Below, piece after piece: positions 62,433 to 64,000 of a stretch of DNA of 64,000 bases; positions within the stretch are counted from its first letter, which is position 1, and each line of letters begins with the position of its first letter. This stretch comes from a virus, in the IMG/VR virus record IMGVR_UViG_3300048907_000336; one strand, given 5' to 3'. The notes beneath the pieces are model-generated. The model was not told where the DNA came from and did no database searches. It saw only the letters and a program-made list of their open reading frames with translations. The position numbers were made by a program, and so were the translations under genes.

Positions 62433-62458
62433 ATACGAGGTGCAGACTCGCTTGTCAA
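62420..62458. promoter_or_regulatory. overlapping divergent promoters
   Basis: + strand TTGACT-N17-CAGACT; - strand TTGACA-N17-TATATG. Confidence 0.55.
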
Positions 62459-62498
62459 TATACCTCCCGCCAGCGCCAACAACGAAGGTTGTGTACGA

Positions 62499-64000
62499 AT
62501 GCCCGCCAAAACACCGAGTGGCATGTTAGCCATCGCGCTCGATCTCGCCAAGCAGGGTTACCGGGTTTTCCCCGTCAAGGAAGGGCGCAAGCATCCGCCT
62601 CTGATCAAAGACTGGCCGACCAATGCCACCGACAACCCGGTGCAGCTCATCCAGTGGTGGACCAAATTCCCATATGCAAATGTCGCCGTTCTTTGCGGCA
62701 ACGGCGTGGTGGTGCTCGACTTCGACTGCCGCGACGGCAAGCAGGGGATGGAAACCTACAAAGCGTGGCTCGAACAGGGCCTGCTGGATACTTTAAGGGT
62801 GATCACTCCCTCCAACGGTCGTCACTGTTTCTTCAAGACCGACAAGCCGCTGAAGTGCAGCATCGGCACGGTGGCACCCGATGTCGATGTCAAAGGCGAG
62901 CACGGTTATGTCGTCGCCGTCGGCTCGATCTTGAGCGGCGGGCTGCGCTACGTGCCCGACCACACCGGCAAATCGGCAGCGTCGCGGCTGCCGGAACGGC
63001 TCTACGAACTATGCCTTGCCGCCGAAGCCAAAGCCTCGACCGCCAAGCCCAACGTCGTGCACATCCACAGCGACCTGATCGATTCGGAAGTGGCGCGGCA
63101 TCGCGTCAAAATGTATTTGGTGAACGAAGCGCCGGAAGCCGTGCAGGGCCAGCGCGGCGACGAGACTACGTTCAAGGTCATTCAGCAGGTACGCGCGCTT
63201 GGCGTCACCGAGAACGTCGCTTACGAACTGATACTTGGTTATTACAACGATCAGAAATGCTTCCCGGCGTGGACGGCGGAAGAGCTGAGAATCAAAGTAG
63301 CCAACGCCTACAAGTACGTTGATCGCTCAGGCCCGATTGGTGCGCGCAATCCCGATATCGAATTCGAAGGCTATCTCGATCCCTCGCTGCCGACACCGGA
63401 GCCCAAGGTGAAAGCTGATGACGATAATACTGAGCAACCCAATATATTCGCCGAACCAAAAGCCGAAGACCTAGACGGCGAAGACGCGCGCCCCGACGAT
63501 CCGTCGTGGAAGACGCTCAAGCTGCTGCCCATTGGCGAGATCGGCGACGACGAAGCGCCGCCGGAAATTCCCTATGTGATCGACCGTGTAGCTCCACGTG
63601 GCTACGTGATGTTCCTACACGCCGAAACGGCGTCAGGCAAGACGACGATAGCTTATCAACTGTGCATATCGTTCGTCACCGGAATGCCCTGGCTGGGCAT
63701 CCCGGTGGTGAAAGGACCGGCGTTTTATTACGGCGTCGAAGATTCCGATGTGGTCGCCCGACGTCGGGTGATCCAGATGGCGCATGCCTATGGGGTGAAG
63801 CCGCGAGAATTGGACCGGCTCGGGCTCACGGTGTTCACCGGCGGTGCGAAGGGTGCCAAGGACATGCCGGTGCTGGTGCGTATGAACCCGAAGACCGACA
63901 CCATCCTGCCGACCCGAATGTTTCGCATGCTGCGCGAGTACGCCGGAGACGTGAAGCCGGTGTGCATGGTGCTCGACCCGCTGGCGATGATGTTCTGGGG
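62499..64000 (+). CDS. Prim-Pol primase fused to PriCT and an AAA_25/RepA-like helicase (3' truncated, absent from the ORF track)
   Basis: Frame open to the window end: RVFPV, VLDFD, TPSNGRH, DVKGEHGYVV, AWTAEEL..KVANAY, Walker A AETASGKT, Walker B VLDPL. Confidence 0.9.
   Translation, partial: MPAKTPSGMLAIALDLAKQGYRVFPVKEGRKHPPLIKDWPTNATDNPVQLIQWWTKFPYANVAVLCGNGVVVLDFDCRDGKQGMETYKAWLEQGLLDTLRVITPSNGRHCFFKTDKPLKCSIGTVAPDVDVKGEHGYVVAVGSILSGGLRYVPDHTGKSAASRLPERLYELCLAAEAKASTAKPNVVHIHSDLIDSEVARHRVKMYLVNEAPEAVQGQRGDETTFKVIQQVRALGVTENVAYELILGYYNDQKCFPAWTAEELRIKVANAYKYVDRSGPIGARNPDIEFEGYLDPSLPTPEPKVKADDDNTEQPNIFAEPKAEDLDGEDARPDDPSWKTLKLLPIGEIGDDEAPPEIPYVIDRVAPRGYVMFLHAETASGKTTIAYQLCISFVTGMPWLGIPVVKGPAFYYGVEDSDVVARRRVIQMAHAYGVKPRELDRLGLTVFTGGAKGAKDMPVLVRMNPKTDTILPTRMFRMLREYAGDVKPVCMVLDPLAMMFW

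Noticed and set aside
62420-63322. Track ORF of 300 aa
   Set aside because: Wrong frame; the Prim-Pol frame starting at 62499 carries the recognisable motifs and runs off the window.
1-64000. Prophage/lysogeny module, tRNA or rRNA genes
   Set aside because: No integrase, att-like duplication, host housekeeping genes or cloverleaf with T-loop/anticodon signatures was seen by eye. A tRNAscan-SE run would be needed to exclude tRNAs formally, and lifestyle genes could lie outside the window.

Overview
The window is a 64 kb, high-GC segment of a tailed dsDNA phage genome. It is not a complete genome: the primase gene runs off the right edge. No integrase, tRNA, rRNA or CRISPR array was seen. The + strand from about 1.4 to 36.4 kb is a late operon: NusG-like factor, terminase, HK97-type portal/protease/capsid, neck, a Mu-like contractile tail and baseplate, three fibre/spike genes, an amidase endolysin and a holin candidate. 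The - strand from about 36.5 to 62.4 kb holds early/middle genes: many small accessory ORFs, an SNF2 helicase, an adenine methyltransferase, family A DNA polymerase, a DUF2815-type SSB and a DUF2800-type Cas4-like nuclease. A divergent Prim-Pol/helicase starts at 62.5 kb. An alphaproteobacterial (Hyphomicrobiales-like) host is inferred, not shown. The strongest observations are: (1) a DNA polymerase intein whose central region encodes a complete HNH endonuclease in an overlapping reading frame, with the stop codon formed from the intein's terminal His-Asn codons; (2) two phage-encoded secreted proteins with PEP-CTERM-like VPGPxAGAGLP sorting signals and no exosortase in the window; (3) unusually cysteine-rich outer virion proteins beside a cysteine-free tape measure; (4) a lower-GC, translationally coupled HNH + SF2 helicase cassette; (5) several structured non-coding spacers. 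All protein family calls come from motif recognition by eye, not database searches.
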